Below, piece by piece: positions 17,827 to 28,489 of a stretch of DNA of 64,000 nt (the first letter of the stretch is position 1; every line of letters starts with the position of its first letter). The notes beneath the pieces were generated by a model. That model was not told the origin of the DNA and ran no database searches. It saw only the letters and a list, made by a program, of their open reading frames with translations. The position numbers and the translations under genes were made by a program. The stretch is from assembly GCA_937124585.1 (NCBI GenBank), contig CAKZKT010000051.1:16398-80397 (forward strand), read 5' to 3'. This DNA is from an uncultured Anaerolineae bacterium. Its GTDB lineage: Bacteria > Chloroflexota > Anaerolineae > CG2-30-64-16.

Positions 17827-19067
17827 CGTCGCGCGGCGATCACCTGCTTCAGCAGCTCGCCCAGCCGGCGGATTCCCTCCTCGATCTGGGCGGGCCGGGC
17901 GTTGGAGAAGTTCAGCCGCATGGTGTTGCGGCCCCGGCCGGGCTCGGTATAAAACGCGAATCCCGGCACGTAGGCCACTTTGTGTTTCACGGCCTCTTTG
18001 AGCAGCTCCGCGGTGTCAATCCACTCCGGGACGCGTGTCCACAGGAATAATCCGCCCTCCGGACGCGTCCACGAGCAGCCCTCCGGAAAGTAGCGCTCCA
18101 GCGCGGCCAGCATCACGTTGCGGCGTTCGCCGTAGACGCGGCGAATCACCCGGATGTGTTCGTCCATGAAGCCGTCTTTGACCATCTCCCACGCCAGCAT
18201 CTGGTTGAAGGTGCTCGTGTGCAGGTCTACGCCCTGCTTGGCCATCACCAGCTGCTCCACGACCTCCACCGGCGCGACGACCCAGCCCAGGCGCAAGCCG
18301 GGCGCCAGGGTCTTGGAAAAGGTGCCCAGGTAGATAACGTTGCCCTCCATGTAGCCGTGGCTCTCCAGCCCGGCGCGCGTCTGAAAATCGCTGTCGAGCG
18401 CCACCAGGGGCGGCAAATGCTCCCCTTCGAAGCGCAGCGCGCCGTAGGGATCATCTTCGACGATGGGGATGCCGTATTTGTGGGACAGGCGTACGATCTC
18501 CAGCCGGCGTTCGATGGGCAGGGTCGTGCCGCCCGGGTTCTGGAAGTTCGGCAGGACGTACATGAACTTCGGGCCATGGCGCAGCGTTGCTTCCAGAAGC
18601 TCGACGCGCAGGCCGTCATCATCACCCGGCACGGGCAGATACTCCGCTTGATACGCGTTCCAGGCCTGGAGCGCGCCCAGGTAGGTCGGCTCCTCGACCA
18701 GCACGCGGTCGCCCGGGTTCAACAGCAACTTGCCGATCAGGTCGAGGGCTTGCTGAGAGCCGTTGGTGATCAGCACGTTTTCCGCTTTGGCGTGGATGCC
18801 GTAGCGACACATGCGCTGGACGATGTACTCTCGCAGCGGCACATATCCTTCGGTCGGCCCGTATTGCAGGGCGTGCACGCCGTTTGTGGTGAGGATGCGC
18901 GCGGCTGCCTCGCGGGCTCGTTCGATGGGAAACAGTTCGGGCGCCGGCAGTCCGCCGGCAAAGGAGATGAGGTCTGGCTGCTCGGTGTATTTCAGCAGCT
19001 CGCGAATCACCGAGCGCCCCATGCGCTGCAGGCGCTGGGCATAACGGTTTTTCCAGAGAGTGGTCAC
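17823..19067 (-). CDS. PLP-dependent aminotransferase (class I/II, 2-aminoadipate/LysN-like)
   Basis: SVIRELL...ISFAGGLP...LITNGSQQALDL...YLGTFSKTLAPGLRLGW carries the fold-type-I Lys motif. The GTG start at ~19067 follows an AAGGA RBS; the ORF-track extension is rejected. Confidence 0.8.
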   Translation of the reverse strand: MTTLWKNRYAQRLQRMGRSVIRELLKYTEQPDLISFAGGLPAPELFPIERAREAAARILTTNGVHALQYGPTEGYVPLREYIVQRMCRYGIHAKAENVLITNGSQQALDLIGKLLLNPGDRVLVEEPTYLGALQAWNAYQAEYLPVPGDDDGLRVELLEATLRHGPKFMYVLPNFQNPGGTTLPIERRLEIVRLSHKYGIPIVEDDPYGALRFEGEHLPPLVALDSDFQTRAGLESHGYMEGNVIYLGTFSKTLAPGLRLGWVVAPVEVVEQLVMAKQGVDLHTSTFNQMLAWEMVKDGFMDEHIRVIRRVYGERRNVMLAALERYFPEGCSWTRPEGGLFLWTRVPEWIDTAELLKEAVKHKVAYVPGFAFYTEPGRGRNTMRLNFSNARPAQIEEGIRRLGELLKQVIAARR

Positions 19068-19166
19068 GGTTGTTGCAATCCTTTGTTCTGGGCGGTGCAC
19101 ACACGTCGCGACGCCGTAGAACGAGATTGATCTCGTCCTGCGGCCGACGCTCTTCAAGCCGGATGT

Positions 19167-19760
19167 TCAGTCGGCCGCCGCGGCCGGATTCGCCGTCTGT
19201 TCAGCCGGCGCGGCCGGCACTGCCTCCAGCACACAGGCCGCGCCACGTTGCAGCGCGGCTTTATTGCTTTCCAGGAAACGGCGCTGCCGGCCCGGCAGAT
19301 GGCGGTCGAGTGCGGTCTCGACCGCGGCCAGCGGCAGGATGCCGGTGGCCGCCAGATAGCCGCCCAGCAGCACCACGTTGGCCTGGCGCACGTTGCCCAG
19401 CGCCTCGGCGATGTCGTTGGCCGGAATGGGCACGTAGCGGATATCCGCGCGGCCGGGCCGCCTGTCAATGAGCGAGCTGTTGTAGACCAGCACGCCACCG
19501 TGCTTGACCAGCGGCTCATACTTTTCGAAGGAGGGCAGATTCAACGCGATGACGCTGGCCGGCCGGCGCACTAGCGGCGACCCGATCGGCTCATCGGCGA
19601 TGACCACGGTGCAGTGGGCGGTGCCCCCGCGCATCTCCGGGCCATACGAAGGAATCCAGGTGACGTGCAGGCCGCAATCCAATGCGGCATAGGCCAGCAG
19701 CTGGCCGGCAAACAGCGCGCCCTGCCCGCCAAAACCAGAGAAGATGATTTCCTCGTGCAT
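19167..19760 (-). CDS. korC: 2-oxoacid:ferredoxin oxidoreductase gamma subunit
   Basis: [16 protein letters not shown]... The start sits at the internal ATG behind a GGAGAGA RBS. Confidence 0.8.
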   Translation of the reverse strand: MHEEIIFSGFGGQGALFAGQLLAYAALDCGLHVTWIPSYGPEMRGGTAHCTVVIADEPIGSPLVRRPASVIALNLPSFEKYEPLVKHGGVLVYNSSLIDRRPGRADIRYVPIPANDIAEALGNVRQANVVLLGGYLAATGILPLAAVETALDRHLPGRQRRFLESNKAALQRGAACVLEAVPAAPAEQTANPAAAAD

Positions 19761-19778
19761 AATTCTCTCCATCAACCT

Positions 19779-20572
<794 letters not shown>

Positions 20573-20576
<4 letters not shown>

Positions 20577-21667
20577 GGTTCCCTCCTGCGCGCGGCCGGG
20601 TCGGCGGGCTGATCCGCGATGAGGTCGTGGAGCGCACCCAGGATCTCGTCCGGCAGGATCATCACGCCGCCCATGCGGCCGTAAAAACGCACCGGGCAGC
20701 GGCCGAGGGTCGCCAGATGAACGTCTTCCAGCATCTGGCCGGCGTTCATCTCGGCCACCAGGATGCCGCGGACCTGTTCGGCCAGCTTGCGCAGCCGGGG
20801 GCCGGGGAACGGCCACAACGTGATCGGCCTGTAGAGGCCCACTTTGATCCCCTGTTGCCGCGCTTCGCGCACCACCGTCTTGCAGGTACGGCCCACCGTG
20901 CCGAAGGCCACCAGCAAGTATTCGGCGTCCGCGGTGGCGACTTCTTCCCAGTGTTGTTCGGTCTCGGCGATGTGTTTGAGCTTGGCCTGGAGGCGCAGGT
21001 TCAGCGCTTCGAGTTCCTCTTCTTTCAGGAAGAGCGAGGTGATGATCCGTTTCTCGCGGCCGCGCGCGCCGCGCACGGCCCAGCTCGGCCGCTCCGCTTC
21101 GGTCAGGAGGGGCCGGGCCGGCGGCATCTCGGCCGGCTCCATCATCTGGCCCAGAGAGCCGTCGGCGGCCAGGATCACGATGGTGCGATACTTTTCCGCC
21201 AGGGGAAACGCCTCGTACATCAGGTCAATGGCTTCCTGGATGGTGGCGGGCGCCAGGACGATGGGATGGTAATCGCCATGTCCGGCCGAGCGCGTCATCT
21301 GGAAGTAGTCGCCCTGGCTGGGCTGGATATTGCCCAGGCCGGGGCCGCCGCGCATCACGTCAATCAACACGATCGGCACTTCGGAACCGGCGATGTAGGA
21401 GAGGCCCTCTTGCATCAGGCTGATGCCGGGGCTGGCGGAGGAGGTCATGGCTCGGACGCCGCCACAGGCAGCGCCGTAGACCATGTTGATGGCCGCGACT
21501 TCGCTTTCGGCTTGCAGGAATGTCCGCCCCAACTCGGGCAGACGCGCCGCCATGTATTCGAGCAGCTCGGTTTGGGGCGTGATGGGGTAGCCGAAGAAGG
21601 CTTCGACGCCACCACGGATGGCAGCCTCTGCAATGGCCTCGTTGCCCTTCCAGAGTTCTCTTGCCAT
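20573..21667 (-). CDS. korA: 2-oxoacid:ferredoxin oxidoreductase alpha subunit
   Basis: [14 protein letters not shown]...MRGGPGLGN. Confidence 0.85.
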
Positions 21668-21685
21668 GATTTTGCTCCTGAGTTT

Positions 21686-21928
21686 TCAGCTTCGCTTCGG
21701 GTCGAAGCGGTAGACCGTCAGTACGACATCGGGACAGATCAGGGCGCACAGGGCGCAGCCGGTGCATTTGCCGAGGGGATCCTCCAGCTGCACCGGCCGA
21801 TAGCCGCGCGCGTTGAAACGGTCGCGCGCCATGTGAAGCACCTGCTGAGGGCAGATTGTCGTGCACAATTCGCAGCCCTTGCAGCGATCTGTTTCGATCA
21901 CGACCGTGCCTTTTGCCATGCCTTTCAC
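21686..21928 (-). CDS. korD: 4Fe-4S ferredoxin-type delta subunit
   Basis: Two CxxCxxCxxxCP clusters (CKGCELCTTICP, CTGCALCALICP). Confidence 0.8.
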   Translation of the reverse strand: MKGMAKGTVVIETDRCKGCELCTTICPQQVLHMARDRFNARGYRPVQLEDPLGKCTGCALCALICPDVVLTVYRFDPKRS

Positions 21929-21950
21929 CTCCTTGTGAAATGATTCTGGC

Positions 21951-23741
21951 TCAGTCTATGGGCTGGGCGCTGTATTTGAAGCGTTGCGGGAAAAGACGGC
22001 GGCTCACCTCGCGCACCATGTCTTCGATCAACATGTGGGCCACCTGGTGATAGCGCAGCTTCGGGCCGCTGAACTCCACGTTGAGCTCGCGCTTGTCGCA
22101 CACGGTGGACATGTTGACCTGGTCAATTTCGGCCTTCAGCCGGCCCAGTTCCGCATAGACTTGGTCGGACGGAGCGGTGTTGACCAGGCGGTCAATCTCA
22201 GCAATGAGGGCGGTCGCCCGGTCAATGCGCGCGTCGGTGGCGGCGGCCTGCTCGGCGCTCACTAGGCCGTATTCCGCCTTCAGGCTGTTGAGACGTTTGC
22301 CTGCCGCGTAGGTGACCTCGACAAGCTGGTCGCGGTTCATCCAGCGGGTCTCGTAGTTCAGCACATATTTCCAGCTCGGTGCGCCCAGACGTTGGCGATG
22401 CTCCTCCAGGGTGCGGGCGAACAGGCGATAGCCGTGCTGATCGGGTTCCTCGAAGCCCCGGCTGCCGGGGTCGAGGAAGGGTGCCAGGGGCGAGATGAAC
22501 GGGATCAGCCGGCCATCGCGGCCGAAGCGGCGCAGCAGGTCGGCGCAGTAGTCAATCGTGTCGAGGACCGAGGCGGCCGTCTGCTGCGGCAAGCCGGCCA
22601 TGAAGAAGACGTCTACCCGTTTGGCGCCGACGTCCAGGGCGTCGGCGATGGTGCGTTCGATCGGCTCGTTGGCATAGTGTTTGCCGAACGCCGCGCGCAC
22701 CTGGGGATCGTGGCTTTCGAGGGAGACTTCCAGCGTGAAGTTGGGCAGCGCGCGGGCAAGCCGGGCCAGATATTCGCGCGGCGCGGGCGAGAAAAGCTCG
22801 GTGATGACCGGGCCGCGAAAGCCGCGCAGCGCGTCGAAAAAGCGTTGGGCGTAATCCGGGCCGGCCTGGCGCAGGTCGCCCAGGATGAACACGGGGCCGC
22901 GGCTGAGCGCGGCGGAGCGGCGCACGTCCTCGGCCAGCATCTCCGGTTTGCGGAAGGCCGGCGCGGTGCGGCCGTGCATGCGGCGGAACGCGCTCGCCGA
23001 TCCGCCGCAGATGACGCAGTTCTGGGTGCAGCCGCGGCAACTGAGCGCGGCCAGGATGGGATAGTCGAGCCAGTCTTTGAACGGCACGTAAGAGTCCAGG
23101 TCGAGATCGCGCGCGGCCGCCCGCACTACGTAGCGATAATCCAGCATGACATGGTCCAGGTTCGCCGGCCGGTAGCTGTACGGATTGACGTGGATCTCGC
23201 CGTCGCGGTCGCGCCAGGTCAGGTTGGGCACGGCGGCCAGCGTGGGCGCGCCGGCCCGACCCGATAGACAGGCCATGAGCTGGCGCAGCGGCTCCTCGGC
23301 CGAGTCGCCCCGAATGACGTAATCCACGAACGGGTAGCGGATCAGCTCCTCGTGGTAGTAGGTGGCGGAAAAGCCACCGAAGATGATCGGTGTGTGGGGA
23401 TGATGGCGCTTGACGATTTGGGCAATGGCCAGCGCGCCGTGTGCATGGGGCAGCCAGTGCAGGTCAATGCCGAAGGCGGTCGGCTGGAAGGCCGCGATCA
23501 GCGGTTCCGGATCGAACGTGGGCTCGTTGAGCATGCGCACGGCCAGGTTGACGATGCGCACGCGAAAACCGTGGCGTTCCAGGTACTCGGCCATGGTAGT
23601 GAAGCCGATCGGGTACATCTCGAAGACCGGTGTGGACGGCACCAGGTCGCTCACCGGGCCATAGAGAATGGATTGTCGTCGAAAATCGTACACGCTCGGC
23701 GCGTGCAACAAAATCAGGTCTGCTCGCTGCGACATTGCCAC
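21951..23741 (-). CDS. B12-binding domain radical SAM protein
   Basis: N-terminal cobalamin-binding-like domain, CTQNCVIC (CxxxCxxC) and the elongated radical-SAM core. Confidence 0.7.
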   Translation of the reverse strand: MAMSQRADLILLHAPSVYDFRRQSILYGPVSDLVPSTPVFEMYPIGFTTMAEYLERHGFRVRIVNLAVRMLNEPTFDPEPLIAAFQPTAFGIDLHWLPHAHGALAIAQIVKRHHPHTPIIFGGFSATYYHEELIRYPFVDYVIRGDSAEEPLRQLMACLSGRAGAPTLAAVPNLTWRDRDGEIHVNPYSYRPANLDHVMLDYRYVVRAAARDLDLDSYVPFKDWLDYPILAALSCRGCTQNCVICGGSASAFRRMHGRTAPAFRKPEMLAEDVRRSAALSRGPVFILGDLRQAGPDYAQRFFDALRGFRGPVITELFSPAPREYLARLARALPNFTLEVSLESHDPQVRAAFGKHYANEPIERTIADALDVGAKRVDVFFMAGLPQQTAASVLDTIDYCADLLRRFGRDGRLIPFISPLAPFLDPGSRGFEEPDQHGYRLFARTLEEHRQRLGAPSWKYVLNYETRWMNRDQLVEVTYAAGKRLNSLKAEYGLVSAEQAAATDARIDRATALIAEIDRLVNTAPSDQVYAELGRLKAEIDQVNMSTVCDKRELNVEFSGPKLRYHQVAHMLIEDMVREVSRRLFPQRFKYSAQPID

Positions 23742-23776
23742 GATGTTCCTCTACGATCGCCATGTTTAACAGGTCA

Positions 23777-23808
23777 AAGACCCGGTTTTGCTGAAACCGG
23801 GTCTTTGC
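23777..23808 (-). terminator. GC-rich hairpin 3' of the CBS gene (AAAGACCCGGTTT-tgctga-AACCGGGTCTTT)
   Basis: A 12-13-bp stem with no clear U-tract, which is common in high-GC genomes. Confidence 0.35.
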
Positions 23809-23826
23809 GCTCGGTCAGCCGGCCTT

Positions 23827-24264
23827 TCAGGCCGGGATCGTTTCATGTTCCAAGATCTCGATGAGAAAGTCCAGCAGGTCGGTGTCGGTGACGATGCCGA
23901 CCAGCTGGCCGTCGGCGACGACCGGCAGGCCGCCGATCTTGTGATTGCGCATCACGCGCGCGGCTTCCGCGATGGGCGCGCCCGGTTCGATCGTGAGCGG
24001 ATTGGGCGTCATGCACGATCCGACCTCGATATGGTCGAGGATGAAATTATCGTACCATTGCTCGCGCACCACGAACGGCGAGTTTGCGGCCCGGCGCAGA
24101 TCACGATCGGTGATGATGCCAACCAACCGGCCGCGATCTACGACGGGCAGGCGGCGAAATCCGCCCTCCCGCATCAGGTTCACAGCCGTGCGGATGGCAT
24201 TGCGGGGCGTCACCGTGACCGGATTGGCCGTCATAATGTCTGCAACCACACGTTTTGAGGGCAT
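23827..24264 (-). CDS. CBS-domain pair protein
   Basis: Two CBS motifs (VADIMTANPVTV..., EVGSCMTPNPLTI...). ATG 24264 follows a GGGGGAGGA RBS. Confidence 0.75.
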   Translation of the reverse strand: MPSKRVVADIMTANPVTVTPRNAIRTAVNLMREGGFRRLPVVDRGRLVGIITDRDLRRAANSPFVVREQWYDNFILDHIEVGSCMTPNPLTIEPGAPIAEAARVMRNHKIGGLPVVADGQLVGIVTDTDLLDFLIEILEHETIPA

Positions 24265-24464
24265 AGTCTGTCCTCCCCCGGCCGACTGTGCGCCTTTCCC
24301 GAACACCGGGCGGGAAAGGCAGGTCGCTGCGGCGGCCTTCACGCTTGGATTCTACATGTTCATTGTAGCATTGGGTGCGCCGCTTATCTATGATGCCGGT
24401 CATGCGGGGAGATACCGGGGAAAGAGGGCAATGCGAGGCCGCGCTACAGCCTCTGTGGGTGAAA

Positions 24465-24601
24465 GTCGCCCACGTGCCAGGCACTCGGCAAGATGCCTGG
24501 CACGGGAGTGGTCGCCACGTGCCAGGCACTCGGCAAGATGCCTGGCACGGGAGTGGTCGCCCACGTGCCAGGCACTCGGCAAGATGCCTGGCACGGGAGT
24601 C
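24465..24601. repeat. 3x tandem ~46-nt palindromic unit (GTCGCCCACGTGCCAGGCACTCGGCAAGATGCCTGGCACGGGAGTG) immediately 3' of rex
   Basis: Units at 24465-24510, 24511-24555 and 24556-24601. Each holds the 10-bp inverted repeat GTGCCAGGCA/TGCCTGGCAC. There are no unique spacers. Confidence 0.85.
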
Positions 24602-24610
24602 CGGCGATTT

Positions 24611-25237
24611 TCAGGCCAGGTAGTAGGTCATGCGTTGCAGGCCGACGACCGGGTCAATGTACTGCACGTGCACTCCGGGCGGCACCATGATGGTGATCGG
24701 CGCGTAGTTCAGGATCGCTTTCACGCCACCCTCGACCATGGTGCGGGCGATGGCCTGCGCGTGTTCGGCCGGCGTGGCAATGATGCCGACCACGATGCCG
24801 CGCTCGCGCAGCGTGCGTTCCAACTCTTCGACCGGCTGGACGGTCACGTGGTTGATGCCCATGATCTGGCCGATCTTCGCCGGATCGTTGTCGAAGATGG
24901 CGATGATGTTGAAGCCTTTGCCGACAAAGCCGGGATAATCGGCGATGGCCTTGCCGAGATTGCCCGCGCCCACCAGCGCCACGTCCCACATGCGGTTGAC
25001 TTTCAGGATCTCACTGAGCTGTTGACGCAGAAATGCGATATCATAGCCAGTGCCCTGCTTGCCGAATTCCCCGAAGTGCGAGAGATCCTTGCGGATCTGC
25101 GCCGAGGAGATGCCCAGCCGATCCCCTAGCTCCTGCGATGAGGTCACCTGACGGCCTTCTGCCACCAGAAAATTGAGCGCCCGCAGATACACGGGCAGCC
25201 GCCCGATCACGATATCGGGAATTGCTCGCTTCGCCAT
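24611..25237 (-). CDS. rex: Redox-sensing transcriptional repressor Rex
   Basis: [17 protein letters not shown] winged helix, a Rossmann GAGNLG NAD(H) site and [11 protein letters not shown]. Confidence 0.85.
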   Translation of the reverse strand: MAKRAIPDIVIGRLPVYLRALNFLVAEGRQVTSSQELGDRLGISSAQIRKDLSHFGEFGKQGTGYDIAFLRQQLSEILKVNRMWDVALVGAGNLGKAIADYPGFVGKGFNIIAIFDNDPAKIGQIMGINHVTVQPVEELERTLRERGIVVGIIATPAEHAQAIARTMVEGGVKAILNYAPITIMVPPGVHVQYIDPVVGLQRMTYYLA

Positions 25238-25433
25238 GGTCTGTTCTCCATTGTACATATTTGCCGATATGATTGCCTGCAGGTCGTACGTTGCCTGTGG
25301 CCGCCTCGTATACGGCTTGTGAATTCAGTACAAGTTATATCTTAGCACAAGTACGATCCTTGTGCAAGTCTTGACAAGACGACCTTCTGGTGCTATCGTG
25401 TTGATTCTTGGGGACATTGCTCAGGAGGATATG

Positions 25434-26163
25434 GGTGCCGCCGAAGATGTCTTTGTGGGATCTGTTCTGGAGCATGGTAGATCGCCCCGGCGCGGCGCTG
25501 GCGAACGTCGTCGCGTATCCGCGCTGGCGTTGGCTGCTGCCGGTGGGGGTGATGATGGCGGCCGTGGCGGCCTCGTTGGCGCTCACCGCGCCGCTGTTGA
25601 CGATCCAGACGCGGCAGTTGCTGGCCGAACAGATGGCACAGCTGCCGGCCGAGCAGGCCAGTCTGCTGGCGCCGCAGCTGGAGCAGATGCAGACGACGCC
25701 GGTGGTGGTCGGCTCGGCGGCTGTGTCGTCGGCGATCGGTCTGCTGCTCGGCTGGCTGTTCCAGGCAGTCGCGCTCTACTTCGGCATCTTGATCGCCGGC
25801 GGAGAGCTGGAATTCAAGCGCGTCCTGGCCGCGGTGCCGTGGCTCAGTTTGCCGTTCGCCCTGGAGATGGTGCTGCAGGCGGTCTTCGCTGCCACGCAGG
25901 GCTACCTGGTGGTGAATCAGGGCCTGTCGTACCTGGTGTCGGTCGGCAAGCCGACGGAGGACATGCGCAATCTGCTCTACGTTCTTCTGGCGCAGCTGAC
26001 CCTCTTCCGCCTGTGGCATTGGATCCTGGCCTATGCGCTGCTGCGTCGGGCTGCCAGGCTTGCGGGTGGGACCGCCGCCAGCCTCACCCTGGTGTACGCG
26101 GCGTTGGGCGTCGGCGTGCAGCTGGCGCTGGTCGCGCTCAGCAATATGCTGAGTCCGCAGTAG
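25434..26163 (+). CDS. Yip1-family-like integral membrane protein (putative)
   Basis: Five predicted TM helices. The start is placed at GTG/ATG ~25434-25447, after AGGAGG. Confidence 0.45.
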
Positions 26164-26306
26164 AATGTTTGTAGAGCGTTTTCGGAAGCATTCTTCCTGT
26201 ATACAATCGCGAAGCATGCGATACTCATAGCATCGCAGGTCGAGCAGATGACGCTGCAGCCGGGCAAAGTGGGGTGGCCCGGCTGCGACGCGAGGAGAGG
26301 GGATTC

Positions 26307-27692
26307 ATGCGGCGAGCAATTACGGTGTTGGTGATCCTGATCGGGATCGCCGGCTTGAGCTGGTTCGGCTATCAGCAGTTCGGTGGCGCGCGGGCCGCCG
26401 CCAGCCCGGACTATGAGGTGGTCGAGGTGACGCGCGGGGACATCACGGCTGTGGTCAGCGCGTCGGGCACGGTGTTGCCGGAGCGTCAGGCCAATCTCGT
26501 CTTTCAGACGACCGGGATCGTGACGAAAGTGGCGGTACAGGTGGGCGATACGGTGACGGCCGGCCAGGTGTTGGCGCAGCTGGACACGAAAGACCTGGAA
26601 CTGGCGCTGCGGCAGGCGCAGATCAGCCTGCGCCAGGCCGAGGCGCAGCTCCAGCAGCTGAAGGCCGGGCCGAACGCGGTGGACGTCGCCTCGGCGCGAG
26701 CGGCACTGGCCAGTGCCCAGGCTGCTTACCAGCAGCTGCTGAGCGGGACCGACCCCGATCGGCTGGCGGCCGCGCGCGCCCAGGTCGAGCAGGCACGCGT
26801 GGTGCTCGAACAGGCTCAGCAGGCCTACGACAAAGTGAAGGATGTGCCCGGCGTCGGTATGTTGCCGCAGTCGCTCCAGTTGCAGCAGGCCACCATCAAC
26901 TATGAGACGGCGCAGGCCAACTATCGGGTCGCCAGTCGCGGCGCGGATCAGGCGCAGCTGGCGGCCAGCCAGGCGCAGGTGGCGCAGGCGCAGGCCGCGC
27001 TGGATCGGCTGCTGCGCGGGCCCAGCAAGGAGCAGCTCGATGTGGCCCAGGCCGGGGTCGAGCAGGCCCAGCTGGCCGTAGAACAGGCGCAGCGGCGCCT
27101 GGAAAACGCGCTGCTGATCGCGCCGTGGGACGGCGTCGTGACGGCGGTCAACATCGTGGAGGGCGCGCTGGCCCAGCCCAATGTCCCGGCCATCCAGCTG
27201 GCCGACCACAGTCGGTTTCACATCAATGTCCAGGTGGATGAAGTGGATATCGCCAGCATCGCGCCGGGCCAACCGGTGAGCATCGAAATGGACGCCCTGC
27301 CCGATCAGAAGCTGGCCGGCCATGTTCATCGGATCGCGCCGGCGGCGACGGTGGATCAGGCCGGCACGATCTCGTATCGGGTGGAGGTGTACTTCGACCG
27401 GATCGAGCCGGCGATCCGGCCCGGCATGAGCGCGACGGCGAATATCACCAGCAGCTCGCGGCAGGGGGTTTTGCTGGTGCCCAACCGGGCCGTCCAGATA
27501 GATCGGGAGTCCGGCCAGTTGTTCGTGGAGAAGGAGACCGCCTTTGGCCCGCAGAAGGCGGAGATCCTCGTCGGCCTGCGCGATGAGCAGGCGAGCGAGG
27601 TGCGCGAGGGCCTGGCCGACGGCGATCGGGTGATCATCCGCAAGTTCAGCAGCCGCGAGCAACTGCAGCGGGTGTTTGGCACCACCAACTGA
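26307..27692 (+). CDS. Efflux periplasmic adaptor (HlyD/MacA-like membrane fusion protein)
   Basis: N-terminal TM, long coiled-coil (LRQAQISLRQAEAQLQQL...) and beta-barrel/lipoyl-like segments. RBS GAGGAGAGGGG. Confidence 0.8.
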   Translation: MRRAITVLVILIGIAGLSWFGYQQFGGARAAASPDYEVVEVTRGDITAVVSASGTVLPERQANLVFQTTGIVTKVAVQVGDTVTAGQVLAQLDTKDLELALRQAQISLRQAEAQLQQLKAGPNAVDVASARAALASAQAAYQQLLSGTDPDRLAAARAQVEQARVVLEQAQQAYDKVKDVPGVGMLPQSLQLQQATINYETAQANYRVASRGADQAQLAASQAQVAQAQAALDRLLRGPSKEQLDVAQAGVEQAQLAVEQAQRRLENALLIAPWDGVVTAVNIVEGALAQPNVPAIQLADHSRFHINVQVDEVDIASIAPGQPVSIEMDALPDQKLAGHVHRIAPAATVDQAGTISYRVEVYFDRIEPAIRPGMSATANITSSSRQGVLLVPNRAVQIDRESGQLFVEKETAFGPQKAEILVGLRDEQASEVREGLADGDRVIIRKFSSREQLQRVFGTTN

Positions 27693-27704
27693 GCGGTCGA
27701 ATCT

Positions 27705-28478
27705 ATGACAGAAACACAGACGCAGCCGCTCATCGTCATCAAAGATATCACCAAAGTCTACCGGATGGGGGACGTGGAGGTGCATGCCCTGCGCGGCGTC
27801 TCTCTGACGGTCGAGCGGGGCGAGATGCTGGCGATCATGGGGCCGTCCGGTTCTGGCAAATCCACGCTGATGAACATCATCGGCTGCCTGGATCAGCCGA
27901 CATCCGGCGAATACTGGCTGGCCGGCCAGGATGTCGCGCGCCTCAACGACGACCAGCTGGCCGAGATCCGCAACAAGCAGATCGGCTTCGTCTTCCAGAA
28001 TTTCAACTTGCTGGCGCGGACGACGGCGGTGCAGAACGTCGAGCTGCCGTTGATCTATTCGGGCGTGAGCGGCCGCCGGGCGCGCGCGATCGCCGCGCTG
28101 GAGGCGGTCGGCCTGGGCGAACGCCTGGAGCACCGCCCCAGCGAGCTTTCCGGCGGCCAGCAGCAGCGTGTGGCGATCGCGCGGGCGCTGGTGACTTCGC
28201 CCAGCATCATCATGGCCGATGAGCCGACCGGCAACCTCGACTCCAAAGCCGGCGCCGAGGTGATGCAGATTTTCCAGCGGCTGAACGAGGAGCAGGGCAT
28301 CACGATTATCCTGGTGACCCACGAGCCGGACATCGCCGAGCATTGCCGGCGTATTATCCACATCCACGACGGCAAGATCTTGTGCGACGAGCCGGTGCCA
28401 GAGCCGCGTCGTGCCGGCGAGTCGGCCTATCTCCTGAATCATCGGCCGGCCGCGGTGGTGGGGCGCCGGCCGCGCTGA
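27705..28478 (+). CDS. MacB/LolD-type ABC ATP-binding protein
   Basis: [36 protein letters not shown]. Confidence 0.85.
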   Translation: MTETQTQPLIVIKDITKVYRMGDVEVHALRGVSLTVERGEMLAIMGPSGSGKSTLMNIIGCLDQPTSGEYWLAGQDVARLNDDQLAEIRNKQIGFVFQNFNLLARTTAVQNVELPLIYSGVSGRRARAIAALEAVGLGERLEHRPSELSGGQQQRVAIARALVTSPSIIMADEPTGNLDSKAGAEVMQIFQRLNEEQGITIILVTHEPDIAEHCRRIIHIHDGKILCDEPVPEPRRAGESAYLLNHRPAAVVGRRPR

Positions 28479-28489
28479 GGGACTGAGCG

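Noticed and set aside
24375-24690. CRISPR array or small genes at the 3x tandem repeat.
   Set aside because: The units are contiguous with no unique spacers, and each is a self-complementary hairpin. The short ORFs 24375..24623, 24400..24594 and 24493..24690 merely translate the repeat.
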